Source: Dimargaris cristalligena (lineage: Eukaryota). From it: DNA of 34,163 nt. The notes beneath the pieces are model-generated. The model was given only the letters and a program-made list of their open reading frames with translations. It was not told where the DNA came from and searched no databases. A program made the translations under genes and the position numbers. The first letter of the stretch is position 1. Each line of letters starts with the position of its first letter. Where the stretch lies: contig ML002395.1 of the NCBI GenBank assembly GCA_003614675.1, positions 1 through 34,163 on the forward strand, in the 5' to 3' direction. Below are positions 22,951 through 34,163 of this stretch, in pieces.

Positions 22951-25816
22951 CTAAGTCTTCTTGAAGAAACACAGCATACTCTTCATGCCTTTGGTATCGG
23001 CTTTGGCTAGCTTGCGGACCGCAGGTGTCATCTTGGCCTTCTACTCGCATGAGTAATATTAGGGCAGTGTAAGTAATTGCCGATATATGGTAGGGTTTAC
23101 ATTAGCTCAGGAAGATTGCCGCATAGGACCTCGTTAGTCAATGAAGGCCAGCGTGGAATGATGAATACTATTATAGCTGGTGTATTCCTGAAACCACAAT
23201 CATAATCCTTAAAATAAATAAAAAAAGAGAAGCAGTGCGCTTACCTTGGCAGGGCCCTGCTGGTCGACTTTCGTGGGCCGCGGGCCCTTGCTCGCGTAGT
23301 CTTCGGGGCGCTCCTGTGCGTTATACTGTGGGCCAGACCGATTTTTGAGAGCTTCAAGTTCAGCAAAGCTGAAGTAAAGCAGTCGAGTAAAAATCAACCA
23401 AGATAGGTAGGGTAGGGTGGTTAGTAGGGCCCGAGGCGGAGACCTTGTTAACTACTAATGCAGATCCGTTCCATAGGGACATATAGTAACTTGATATTCA
23501 ACCAACTATACTTAATTAGAGAAAAAGGGATCGACGAAAGAGTGGGGAAAATACTTACTTATTGTATCGGTCAAGAAGTCGCTCTAGCCATGTGTTGTTG
23601 AGATATTCGCCAATCATGTCCACGATTAGCTGCTTCTTTTTCTCTACATTCGGTTAAATAGGGGATGTTGGAGATAATTACAAGGTCAGAATTGTCGGAC
23701 TATACCACATCAATGACTAAACTCAAACCGAAGTAGGCCAGATTAGCTTGGACGCGTGTTGGGCCACTCGTTTACCAACTGTGAGCGACTGACTTCAACC
23801 CCCTCCCCTCCAAAATACCCATACTTACCCATATAACCCGGATCGGCGGCATTGTCCAAGAAAAATACATGCTTATTAACGTGGTGGTAGTCGGGGTATG
23901 TGGACAGAGTCTCGCAGACCGCCTCGACCTGAGGGGCATAATGAGGCAGTGGATTAAGAAGAAGTGTTAGTCAATTGGCCTGTTGCATTAGTAAAGGTAT
24001 ATGGACCAAGTCGGAATAGACGACATAAGAGGTGTGTGCATAGGCAGTAAGGGGTATAATTCAGTCGTAACCGCCCGCCAGTATGTAATAGGCGGTTGTT
24101 AGGTGAGGGGTGGCGAAAGCCACAGATGATAAACGAGCGGGGAGGAGGCCCTGCCCCAAAAAGAAACCCGAGTCAGTCAATATAGAGCCATCATCCGTAC
24201 CTTAGAAACTAGCCAGTCTGTGGCTTTCTTTTCGCTCAGTCGGTAAACCGATTCGTCGGCGGTAATCTCTGAGAGAGAGGGGGGAAGTAAATTCATGGCA
24301 ATTAAGAGTGAATGATACAGCAATCCAGCGTTAATTTGACTTGCACGGATGAAAATTGTGGGGACGTACAACAAGCAAACTCGGATATAGGACTATATTA
24401 TTGCCAGTCCGGGGTATTCAGATGGCAGGAGGGAATGCAGTTAGCCCCCAACATACGAAACCATCATAAATGGGGGGAGAGTCAACTTACGCTTAACATC
24501 ACATAGGAAACGGAGCTGGTCCCATAGTTGGGGTAGAGTACGAAGATACGCGATATCGGGGAACTCTGGACTTTCTAGTAGATCATCGGCCATCATATAG
24601 ACACCGTCGAATCCATCCCGCTATAGATCATCCGATGGGATAAATTCGGGCAATATGAGAGTACGCAGAGAGACATGATTTAATAATACAAGGAGGGTAA
24701 GTGGGAGATGTAGGTAGGGTTATAAAACTTAACGTTGAATACCTAGAAAGCCATTCGATTTCACAGACAGACTAGAGATAAACCGGGACTGCAGTACAAA
24801 ATCGGAGGAATATATATAAGTGATAGCTTACCTTTTGGTTGTTAATTTCCAGAATCGGCAGAAGAATGTACAGTGGATCCACAGGGGTCATCAAATGAAG
24901 GGTTCCGTCTAACTCAATGGAAATGGGTCGGTTGAGGGGAAAATGCACGGGTAGCAGATATTACCCGGTAAGTCGTCAAGGAAAGGGTTCCGGTAGGGCA
25001 ATTAGTTGAAATTTACTGTACAACACGGGCTTCAATTGGGCCATCAATGTGCCAAGACTAACGAAGATACAACTGCCCAAGCGAGGGGGACAGTCTTGGC
25101 TGAGTGGGGCCATTTCCAAGGGAGATTAATGACGTACAAATGACCTACCACTTTGGACGGCATTGTCCACAAACCAGGATTTTTCATGGTTGAATGCCAC
25201 GGCATTGAGTTCGCAGAGCTGGGGACCTTGTTGGTAGAATAAATGGGGTTCACCTGGGGGATATAATGCCATGGAAATGTCGAGATGATCAGTCCATTCA
25301 ATTATCCGAACGGCTGGTTAGATGGAATGGCCGGAGCGTCAGAGGACTGGTGTAAACTAAAGACAGAGTCCGTCTAGACGTGTATATCATCAACCCAGGG
25401 TTCGGCTTACCTGTGGAGGGGTGCGGGAGTTGTAGGGCACGGAATTCGGCGGCTAATGCATGGTGGTAGGTAGATAAATGGAGAGAGGTAAGTGCAGCGG
25501 AGAAACCCGGTAAGGTTAATTGGCAGTCGGGGTTGGGCCGATTCGCTTCCCGGTAAGTGCACCTTTTCTTATAAAAGGGAATGGGCTTGTCAGTATGTGG
25601 CCGATGGGCAAGTGTCGGTATACATTGCCCTTTGTGCGAACTTCAAAGGCAAATAAAAGGGGGGGGGGTTGAGGTAGGAAAAGCCTTCCTCCACCCCTCA
25701 ATTTCAGAGTTGGGGATTCAGGATGGTTCAATTTATACCGGTGGCTTACCTTCAGCAGAGGGGTCGTCCACGGGCTGGGGCGCGATACACACGTAGGTCA
25801 GCTCTTTGGTCGACAT
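22951..25816 (-). CDS. RNH202: Ribonuclease H2 subunit B (Rnh202/RNASEH2B), 10 exons, 295 aa
   Basis: Exons 25816-25750, 25452-25411, 25253-25149, 24908-24832, 24620-24491, 24268-24201, 23928-23829, 23643-23559, 23368-23245 and 23040-22951. All introns are GT..AG and phase-compatible (888 nt total). Motifs LPHPSTG, SWFVDNAVQSDGTLHLMTPVDPLYILLP, YRLSEKKATDWLVSKV and C-terminal LAKADTKGMKSMLCFF (PIP-box-like). Confidence 0.92.
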
Positions 25817-26942
25817 GCAGGGCCAGTTGGACGGGCGGTATACTGGAATAGTAAGTGGGCTCGACCAGCGGGGTACGGAACGGGAGGAATAGCGCTGAAT
25901 CGGAATAGGGCAGTGTAATGGGGGAAAAGGAGAATTGAATGGGTCAGGAAGGGGAAGAGAACAAGGGCCGGGTTGGTGGTGTTTAGGGTCGCGGCAGTAC
26001 TGTAGTTGACTGAAGGGGGGTTCGGTGACTAGGGTCGGAAGTGTGATTAAAGGGCTATTGTAATGAAAAGAGGTTAGTTGCACACCTTGATAAAACTGGT
26101 CTACTTGGTCGGTACTATGGAAGAAGAAGGGTCTTTCTCCTTTTCCCACATTGGATGGCCTGCATCAAACAGTTGCCGATAGGGCATAGTCAAGACGGAG
26201 GCAGTTTGCCCTACTTTGTTGACCCTTTGACTTCAGCGGCCTACCAATTCCACCGAGCAGCGGCACGGCAAATTGGGGTAAACTATGCGAAGCTAACGCC
26301 TTGACCAGCAGTCCTCTGCATTTTTTGCATTCATTTCCCTATAATATAAACCTTGCGCGCTTTCGTTTTAGTTATTAGCCGGTGGGTTGGCCCTAAACTT
26401 CTCTGCACCACCACAGAGCAATTTTCACTGGTACTTTCGTAAACACCGGAGTCACTTAGGGCAGCACAAAAGCTCTTCCTCCACTAACATCATTCATATG
26501 GCAACTGCCCATCCGTTGTTACCTTGGTCAACGGCCCCGCCTATAAATTAAATGCGTGGGTAGTTTTACAAGTGGCCAGGTACAACCATCCTGCCGAAAG
26601 ATAGTGGTGCCCTTGCCGAATATACATGTCGGTTTCACGCCCGGAGCCCCCGAATGATGGCATTAAAAAACCCCCGCCCCAGCGCTGTAAGAAGGAAAAT
26701 GCAGCTTGGTCTTCATCATGAGTAACGACTTTAGTGCCGAGCAGATTTTCGATTAAGTCTAGGTCGCAAAAAACCAGGGCGTGTTCAACCGAACATATGG
26801 CATGATAGCGAACCAGCCATTGGGCCGGCTATCCGCTGGTGGCACCTGTCCCATCATCAGTTGACGGGCTGCCTAGTATAGATATGTCTGTAAATAGGGT
26901 TACGGTTGCCGGGTGGTCACTGCGGGCTCTACCCTTCGAACG

Positions 26943-26949
26943 TATATAA
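26943..26949 (+). promoter_or_regulatory. TATA box candidate
   Basis: TATATAA about 160 nt upstream of the ATG at 27106. Confidence 0.45.
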
Positions 26950-27105
26950 GTAAGACATTGGTAGCCCTTTTAGATCCCTACAGCTGCCGACACATGTTTT
27001 TTTAACTTTCTGTTCACATCTCCATTGGCCATTATTTCTCCGTTGCCCAGGGCCCCCTACCAACCCTACTAACGCAGCCCTCTGCTCAATTCACCGACAT
27101 TAACC

Positions 27106-27684
27106 ATGAAAATTTGGTACATATTTTACCTGTTGGTTATTCCAGTGTTCGCCGGACCTGCCACAAATACGTCGACCGCGTCATCCGGATCACGCTTAGC
27201 CAGTTCTGAACCGCCTGCGCTGGCATTTATCGACTTCGCCACATTCCGTGGTATCTTTGGTCGAATGATCATAGTGGCAAACCAGCTACTCTTCATTGCC
27301 GACGACAACAGTATACTCGAATACGTGTCCGCATCCCATGAGCGCGAACAGGTACACGCCAACTCTTCTACTAGGCCCACCATCCCCCCACTTGATCCCA
27401 ACCAACCCCAACCCCATCCCCCAATTCGAAGTTCCGACAGTTTCCATGCCATTGGCCGTGACTTGGCCCAAACTTTCTCCCAAATGTCCCTAATTCCGAA
27501 ACGGGTATGTCAACGTACGGTCACTAAAATGGAGGAGTGTGACTCCAAACTAATGAGTCAACCCACTACCAAGGCGAGAAAACTGGCTCATCAGTTTACT
27601 GAATGGAATCACGAGAGGGAGGTAAAGCATGCCCAAAAGGTACTGGAAAAACACAACGCGCGGGGGCTAGTCCACTCTTGGTAG
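27106..27684 (+). CDS. Orphan predicted secreted protein, 192 aa
   Basis: ATG in ACCATGA context, signal-peptide-like MKIWYIFYLLVIPVFA, intronless ORF, upstream TATA. No domain recognised. Confidence 0.7.
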   Translation: MKIWYIFYLLVIPVFAGPATNTSTASSGSRLASSEPPALAFIDFATFRGIFGRMIIVANQLLFIADDNSILEYVSASHEREQVHANSSTRPTIPPLDPNQPQPHPPIRSSDSFHAIGRDLAQTFSQMSLIPKRVCQRTVTKMEECDSKLMSQPTTKARKLAHQFTEWNHEREVKHAQKVLEKHNARGLVHSW

Positions 27685-27852
27685 CAATAACGTTTTGTGA
27701 TTTAGGCAAATGGTAATTTTTAAGAATGTCCACGTCGATGTATTAGTATAATAAAATATGCCCATTTGGAACATAGCAAAATGGATTATTGTCAAATACC
27801 CTAAAAATAATCTCACTATCTACATACATCAGTGCCATTGTCTCGCTGTTCA

Positions 27853-27996
27853 ATATGGGAGAGGTTCAACCGAGCTGTATAACGAAAAATCCGCTAGATG
27901 AAGCAAATACTACTGGTTAAAAAGAAATCTCCCATATATTATCCCATACACTTACCATTTAAAACCTTATACAGCTGGGCCGAATTTCACTCATAT
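27853..27996. mobile_element. MITE copy 2 (144 bp)
   Basis: Left end atatgggagaggttcaaccgagctgtataa versus reverse-complemented right end atatgagtgaaattcggcccagctgtataa. Confidence 0.85.
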
Positions 27997-28139
27997 ATAT
28001 TGTTAAAAGCGAATGAGAATGAGCGTGGTTTATTAATTGAGCGGGTATAATAGTAATAATTAATAATAGTAGAGGTAGAAGCGATGGGGTTGCTAGTAAA
28101 CTAAGGAGACAATGGCGCACTGATCGAACACCCTTTATA

Positions 28140-28440
28140 TAATCGGTTTACCAGCTGCCGCGGGTCTGTTAATAAATGCATGGCGCATATATGGTAGTCC
28201 CCGCTGAGTAAGGATCATTAGGGCACCCCATAGAGTAGGAATTATCAGCGCTTGGGTCTACTATAGTTCGTGGACTGGGCTGTCCTCATCAACGGCTGGG
28301 GTATCTGAATTACCCAGTCCCTGGTTATCTAGGTCTCTACACACATTCTCCTCTGGTTGAGGTATTGCCGCAGTATTATTGACAGCATTGGTCTCGTCCA
28401 CCAGGGTAGATATAACAATAGCATTGGCATTCAGCTAGTC
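28140..28440. repeat. Decayed dispersed repeat, copy A (inverted relative to ~33360-33660)
   Basis: For example, tcgtggactgggctgtcctcatcaacggctggggtatct here versus tcgtggattgggtcgtcctcgtcaatgacaggggtatct on the - strand near 33490-33525. Similarity runs for about 300 bp. Confidence 0.75.
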
Positions 28441-28629
28441 TTGTTACTATTCTAATATGAATCGCGTCCGGCTAGGGGTATTATAATCCACGCCACTGTC
28501 GGGTAAAACATAAATTGCCATATACCCTTTTGGTAACATACCTTTATATCGCCTATATTATCATTTTATAGGAATACCCATCTAATATGAGGGGCGCTAG
28601 TGGCAATAATGTATGTAAGCGGGAGCCGA

Positions 28630-30250
28630 TGAAAGTGGGTTTATGTTACTTAATAAAATAGTAGACAGCCCACGGGCAGTAGAGCACATTCAAGGGTAGT
28701 GCGTATAGCAATGGTGGCTCAAGTCCACATTGACAAAAAGAAAGTGTGAAAAAAGGGACAATATAAGGAATGCAATGCATAGTTTGGCTAGTAATTATCA
28801 TCAGGGTGGCTAGCCCCTCTATTACCGAGCCAGAGTCCAAACTAGTAGGCTTACTAAGCGTACAGCATCAAGTATTAGTTTGCTTGGTACTTCGAATTGG
28901 GGAACCAAGAGAGGATATCAATATACGGTGCTAGAACCTAAGTACACTGACCGGGGGGTGTACATATAAGGAATTTTAGGGGTAAACAAAGTAGATATGG
29001 GCCAAGGAATAGATATGTTGCAACACGGCGGAGTATTTCCATGTATAGGGGGGTGGTCAGAGAGGGGCATATAACAGTGGTAATAAGGGCACCGGAAGGT
29101 AATTCACTGGAGTCAAGAAGACTCGGAAGGGAATTGGAAGAGCCCTATAACCAACTGTGTATATGTAGTCGAGGAACTCTAAAGATATGAACAGAATTAA
29201 GCAATCAACCATTATGGTATCAAGGGTTGCCATGAGAATGCTGGTATGGCAAAATACGGCCTTATTTGGGGTTCAGTTAGGGCCCGGGCCTGGGTTTACC
29301 AGTATTGGTTATTCTGGGCGATAGTGATAAAAACCACCTCTGGTATAAATGCCTACTGTATTTAGTGTCTGTATTACTTTAGCACACGTAGGGTTTTCCT
29401 ACTACCATATGGCAGAAGTTCATCCAGGCTGTATAACGAATAATCCATTTGATGAGGTAAATATTACTGGTCAAAAGTTATTCTCCCACATATTATCCTA
29501 TACACATGTTGTGTAAAATCTTATACAGTTGGGTTGAAGTTCACCCATATTATGAGTGAGATCAGTCTCAGCATTCCCAGCTTCCAAGCTTCTTTCTTTA
29601 ATAACGGATTGGCCCAATTTCCCTATGATACTAGCCCACCCAAGTCAAAACATATAACCAAATGCCCACTTAAAGGATCCTAAGTCGGGGCCCCGAATGT
29701 TGATCATTGTTTTGAAGTCGATAGGTAAAGAGTTTTCGAGTCATACTGCAAAGCTCTAGCATTGATAAGCATAGTTCACTAAATTGGTGCGGGTCACTTT
29801 CACCTTTGATATTTATTCCCCGGTCTATGTCCCAAAACAAAATATAGTAGAATGGACAATTGCCAACTGCAGGTACCCTAAGAGTTTCCATACCATAAGT
29901 ACTATAGCACTATTGGAGGAACCATAAAATACTGTGGGCGAAAGGTGGTGGGCAACTAATAGGTTGGCGGAAATACAAATGGTGACCAGAACCCATGCAC
30001 TGACAAAGTGGTGGATCTGGTAATTGACTTGGGTTAGCCGGAACCAATGAGAGTCAAGCTTTGGCTGACTATGGTTACAATATGCCTCCTAATAGTTAAC
30101 TCATGTGGATCCCGATTTTTTTATTATATTTAAAACCTTGGTAATCCTTTATTATAGCTCTAAAAGGGTACACTGGTCACTAATTCTCTCAAAACAATGG
30201 ATAATAATAATCCAAAACCCACAGACTAACCTCTAGAATAGATTCTATTA
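28630..30250 (-). mobile_element. Decayed LINE ORF2 relic, same family as 1-1260, interrupted by a MITE
   Basis: Minus-strand remnants in order: KGL.QG (~30145), WKLLGY (~29885), LGGL (~29635), ALPIPFRVFL (~29143-29114), SLAHIYFVYP (~29008-28979) and AY*FGLW (~28850). 26/33 nt identical to 741-773. Ends approximate. Confidence 0.55.
29407..29550. mobile_element. MITE copy 3 (144 bp)
   Basis: Left end atatggcagaagttcatccaggctgtataa versus reverse-complemented right end atatgggtgaacttcaacccaactgtataa. Confidence 0.85.
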
Positions 30251-30288
30251 AGGGAGATTATGCATATACTATATATATATAATATAGA

Positions 30289-31716
30289 CTAAATGGCCTT
30301 GGAGATTTTGCCGCTTTTAGTCCTCTCACGATTATTGAGCTTTTCGAGGTAAGATCTTAATTCCTGTTCTGTCCCTTCAATGATAGTTTTGAGTTGAGAA
30401 GGATCAGCCAGATCAGCCAGACTTGCGTCAAAATCCAAAGAATCGAATGTCACTATGTCATTACGATTGTTGCCAGCATTCACCATTCGATCACATTGGT
30501 AGCCGTCAATACTTGTAAAAAAATTGACAACCATTTGGTCTAGCTTTCTGTCCAAGGTTAGGGAGTAGATAAGCGACGGAACTAGCGGAGAGGTTGATTT
30601 TCTTTTGAGAAAGACCTGCAGAGTTTGTTCGAAAACGCGGTTAGTGCTTTCTGGGTTGCTGATGGTTTTGAACTTATTATTAAAACGGGCTGAAAACCTA
30701 TACCTGGACTCTTTGGAAACTGTACCGGTGTAACTGGTGGAATGAGGAGCGTTCACGCTGAGTTGGCTTAGTTGCATTTCGCCGTTCGGGGTCGTCATGA
30801 GATCGGCCATATTTTCCTGAATAACTGAATAGGTTTGCTCTGAAAGAACATCGCAGAATTTCATAGAGTCAGAGACCGAGAACTGGGCTTTTTCCATGGA
30901 TCTAACCCTAACCGTATCGTGACGCCCCAGGTTGTATTGTTTCAGTGCCTTGCGACCAAACCACTCATGTCCGAATCTAACTTTCCCATCTCTTACTAGT
31001 TGCAAAATCCTTTTTAAATTGCCAGGAGTCCTACTGTGATTTTTGGTGTTGGTTGGGGAATGGTCATTAGATAGTCCTTGGGTTTGGAGAGATGCGTTAC
31101 GCGAGGCACCTACTTGGTAGTACAGTGAGGAGCCATTAGCTTCGGTAAATGCGGTTTCTTGCTTCGAGGGCAAGCAGTAGGGTTGATGTCCGATATTCAA
31201 CCTTTGAATAGCCAGGGAAGCGAGCTGTCTATCTAGAAGCTTGTCGGGCGGACTCTGAATAGGCGGCTCGTATAGAGGTACCGTGGTGTCAAGAATACTG
31301 TCCAAAGTCGTTGGATAAGCCGGTCAATACTGTCCATGATTGTTGAAGGTCTCGGCCATTGGGTTCGATGCAGAAACGAGTGGGTTTTGAGAGACACTTT
31401 GCCAATCTAGGTATCTTACATTAGGCGAGACGTCCGCACTCCCTAGACCAGCTCCTTTTAGGAAATCGTTCATCGGTGGTAAGAAACCGGGATGCTCGAC
31501 CCCATAGGAAGTATAAGAGGTACCAGTGCCCACCTGCTGCTCCAATTCACCACTATAGTCGATGCCGGGGAGTGACCGTTCACCCAACGTGGCATGTGGG
31601 GGGACATAGGCCATGGTCCCTATATCTAGTTCAACGGTAGGTTGGGAATAGCTGGGTCCGGTGGCCAAAAGCCAGACGATGGCGTGGGTGGTCAAGCAAG
31701 TGGGCAGATGGGTCAT
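30289..31716 (-). pseudogene. Orphan signal-peptide protein gene (475 codons) with a single in-frame TGA at 31324-31326 (nonsense allele or readthrough)
   Basis: The track ORFs 31324-31716 and 30289-31305 are in the same frame, joined by CAG TAT TGA CCG GCT TAT CCA ACG ACT TTG. The N-terminus MTHLPTCLTTHAIVWLLATGPSYS looks like a signal peptide. Confidence 0.65.
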
Positions 31717-33359
31717 TGTATCAGTTTTTTAGGGCAATTGGGCAGGATTTAGGGGGTTTGGGGAGTAGCTCAGTGCCAAATGAAATGATGCACCAATTTG
31801 TGGTTGGGACTTGGACAGAAACTTCAAACAGTCGAATAATAAGAAATGAATATGTCCAACGCCGGATACAATAATGCTGGTAAAAAAGGGGGGGTCTTGA
31901 GTGTAGTTTGGAGTTTTAAAAAAAAACAGGTGCAAATAAGATGGATTAAATATGCCGTGGGGTCGTAGTAAAATCTCGCCTTTTTCATTGTGATTAGGAT
32001 ATATTGGCCTTTTTAGGGATTAATACTTAGTAATTGCGAGGTATTGTAATGATCATCGACAAAAAAAGGTAGACAGCGGTAACATTTTATTTAATACCGG
32101 AGCTTATTGGGAAATCTATATATACGCGTTCTGAGTGTAACCGCAGAATATTCATAGAAGTGAAGAGATACTTGGATTGTCCAGTAGGCTGGTCGATTGG
32201 TGGTCTCAAGCGGAATGCGAATTCTGGAACATATCAGCTACCTGTGCCTATTGGATGACCCATCCTTCTCTTCGGAGGCACTAACCAGCCCAGCTATATG
32301 AAAAAAATAATCGGTAGTTGTGTCGGATTTTGTTGATAAAGGTATACCTGGCCAACCGCCCCATGGAAATTCGTTTTAATCACCCTCCCTGTTCAATTTG
32401 AACATTTCCCAATCACACTTTTTATTTGCGAGATATTTGTGGCCCTGAGGCCGTTTTGGCCAATTATTAGCCACAAATCGATTTTTTAAACACCGGACAA
32501 CTGGCATATATCCCATAGATACAGTCGTCAGGGGCTAATATCTGTAAAGGTACAAAAGGGTATTCCATTGCCTGGCTATTGCAATGCTTGTCAATAAGCA
32601 TGCCGTACAAAGGCAGTCACATGAAAGCTGTAGTATTCCTGAAGTCAGCCGTGTTGGAAATACCAAAAGAATTTCAATGAATACGGGTAGAAGGGAATAA
32701 AGCAGCTAGGGGACGGTGAGTGCCTCTACTTGGTGGTTGGTTTTATTGAATACTATAGTCGATAGGGGGTAGTTTAAGTGGTTAAAATGAAAGCGCATAG
32801 AATAACTAAATAAATCGACATAATTGGTCAGAATCAGGTGAGGACAGTAGACCAGTCTGCACATATATTTCTACATTAATAATATAGTATCCGTTCAATA
32901 AAGGCATTTACATTTATAAATTTTCCCCTACAATGGCAGCCAACACCACACTATGTCGATATTCCAGCCCGTACTGCCCGTAAAACAACACTAGGGAGTA
33001 AAGGTAGACTTAAAATGAGTAACCACTATCGGGTGGCATATATTGGAGTCTGGTCAAGGCCACTCTTGGAGAGAAATAATGGCGCCGGGCCAGAGGTCTG
33101 GATAGTGTAGGAGTTTACTGGGATATAACAAGTTGGCCGATAGATTGGATAAACGAGGAGTTCAGCGAAGCGGGCATGCGTCGGCAGGACCATGTACAGC
33201 GTAGCAATGCCCCGGATAGTCGCCGTATATAGTTTGAGGTTCAGCCCAACCAGGGGAAATTCGGAGTCGTCCGGGCCGAGAGAAAGTTGGCTCGGGACAA
33301 CAAGGGCACGTGGGCTATGAAGATTCGGCAAGGAGGGTTTAGCAGACCATGCACCAGCC

Positions 33360-33660
33360 ATTTCGCCAGCCCGGGCTGGTGCCAGGGTTAATTCTACCCC
33401 GGTGGCCGAGACCAGCCCTGCCAATAATGCCTTGGGCAGAAAACGTTGTGTACAGAGACATAGATAACCGGGGGCCTAGTCACTTAGATACCCCTGTCAT
33501 TGACGAGGACGACCCAATCCACGAGTAATAGTGGGTCTGATCTCCGATATCCACTGACTTACGAGTGTACTCCAATTATTCAATACCCAGCAGGGATAAC
33601 CCCATACATGCCATGCATTATTAGCACACCCGCGATAGTGATGATTAGCGAATTGGTTAG
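33360..33660. repeat. Decayed dispersed repeat, copy B
   Basis: Inverted homolog of 28140-28440. The + strand reads YRDIDNRGPSHLDTPVIDEDDPIHE, versus CRDLDNQGLGNSDTPAVDEDSPVHE for copy A on the - strand. Confidence 0.75.
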
Positions 33661-33812
33661 CGAAATTAGCTATTGTGATTAGTATATAGATTTACTATAT
33701 GATTGAAATATGAAGTAATAAATGAGGATACTAGCGAATGAGTATATTTAATGATCGAGTGGGAGTAATAGTCATCTGAGGGGCCCAACCTCGCCGGGTT
33801 ATTCCTTCCTTT

Positions 33813-34163
33813 TTATATTGGAGAATTCAGAGGCCCAAGTCGGGATGGTGTGGCCGCAGCAACGTCAGGTTCTCCTCTATGGGGATTGTTTTCAACTGGA
33901 GGTGGTTCCACCCTGGCTGTATGCTCATCACCGTGTACTACTTGGCCGATGCCCAGTGCTACAGTCAGATTGGTATTAACACTATCTCTCTGATTGGTTC
34001 GTCCTATACTCGGGACATTATGTGTATCTTGGCTGCTGCATTTATCCGACTCAATACAACCAACCGCGGGGATAAAAATTTGCCCCTCACGGTTCTTTAC
34101 CTCTTCTGTAATACATTTAATTCGTATGAGAAAATACTGGCGTTTACCCTTCAAGTCTATCAT
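33813..34163 (-). CDS. Probable 3' end of an unknown gene running off the window
   Basis: Frame open from the window edge to a TAA at 33813-33815. No recognisable domain; the ATG at the edge is probably internal. Confidence 0.4.
   Translation of the reverse strand: MIDLKGKRQYFLIRIKCITEEVKNREGQIFIPAVGCIESDKCSSQDTHNVPSIGRTNQRDSVNTNLTVALGIGQVVHGDEHTARVEPPPVENNPHRGEPDVAAATPSRLGPLNSPI

Noticed and set aside
33026..33424. 132-aa minus-strand ORF as a gene
   Set aside because: TTG start, overlaps a decayed repeat, and its homologous copy has stops; probably a shadow or relic.
1..34163. CRISPR arrays, rRNA, tRNA, intact transposase or prokaryote-type operon
   Set aside because: No regularly spaced repeats, cloverleaf or rRNA-like sequence was recognised by eye; the genes are spliceosomal and functionally unrelated. 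tRNAscan-SE and Infernal were not run.

Overview
Intron-containing eukaryotic, fungal-looking DNA; the gene families and the GT..AG introns of about 150-570 nt are compatible with an early-diverging fungus (inference). The left and central part holds housekeeping genes, with exons reconstructed by hand: a Bos1/membrin SNARE (-), an orphan type-I membrane protein (-), a PP2A B56 regulatory subunit (+), an intronless GH72/Gas glucanosyltransferase (+), MRI1 (-) and a 10-exon RNase H2 subunit B (-) that the ORF track largely misses. The window start and the last ~7 kb look accessory. They contain two decayed LINE-like relics of one family, two of three copies of a 144-bp MITE with ~30-bp TIRs (the third is at ~16.6 kb), a second decayed repeat pair, an orphan secreted protein, and a 475-codon signal-peptide frame split by one in-frame TGA. 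Other observations are a ~1.6-kb nearly ATG-free leader before the B56 gene, a decayed RING-H2 pseudogene, and a possible divergent spliced non-coding transcript. I could not demonstrate a new multi-gene system; the best candidates are ranked in the findings.
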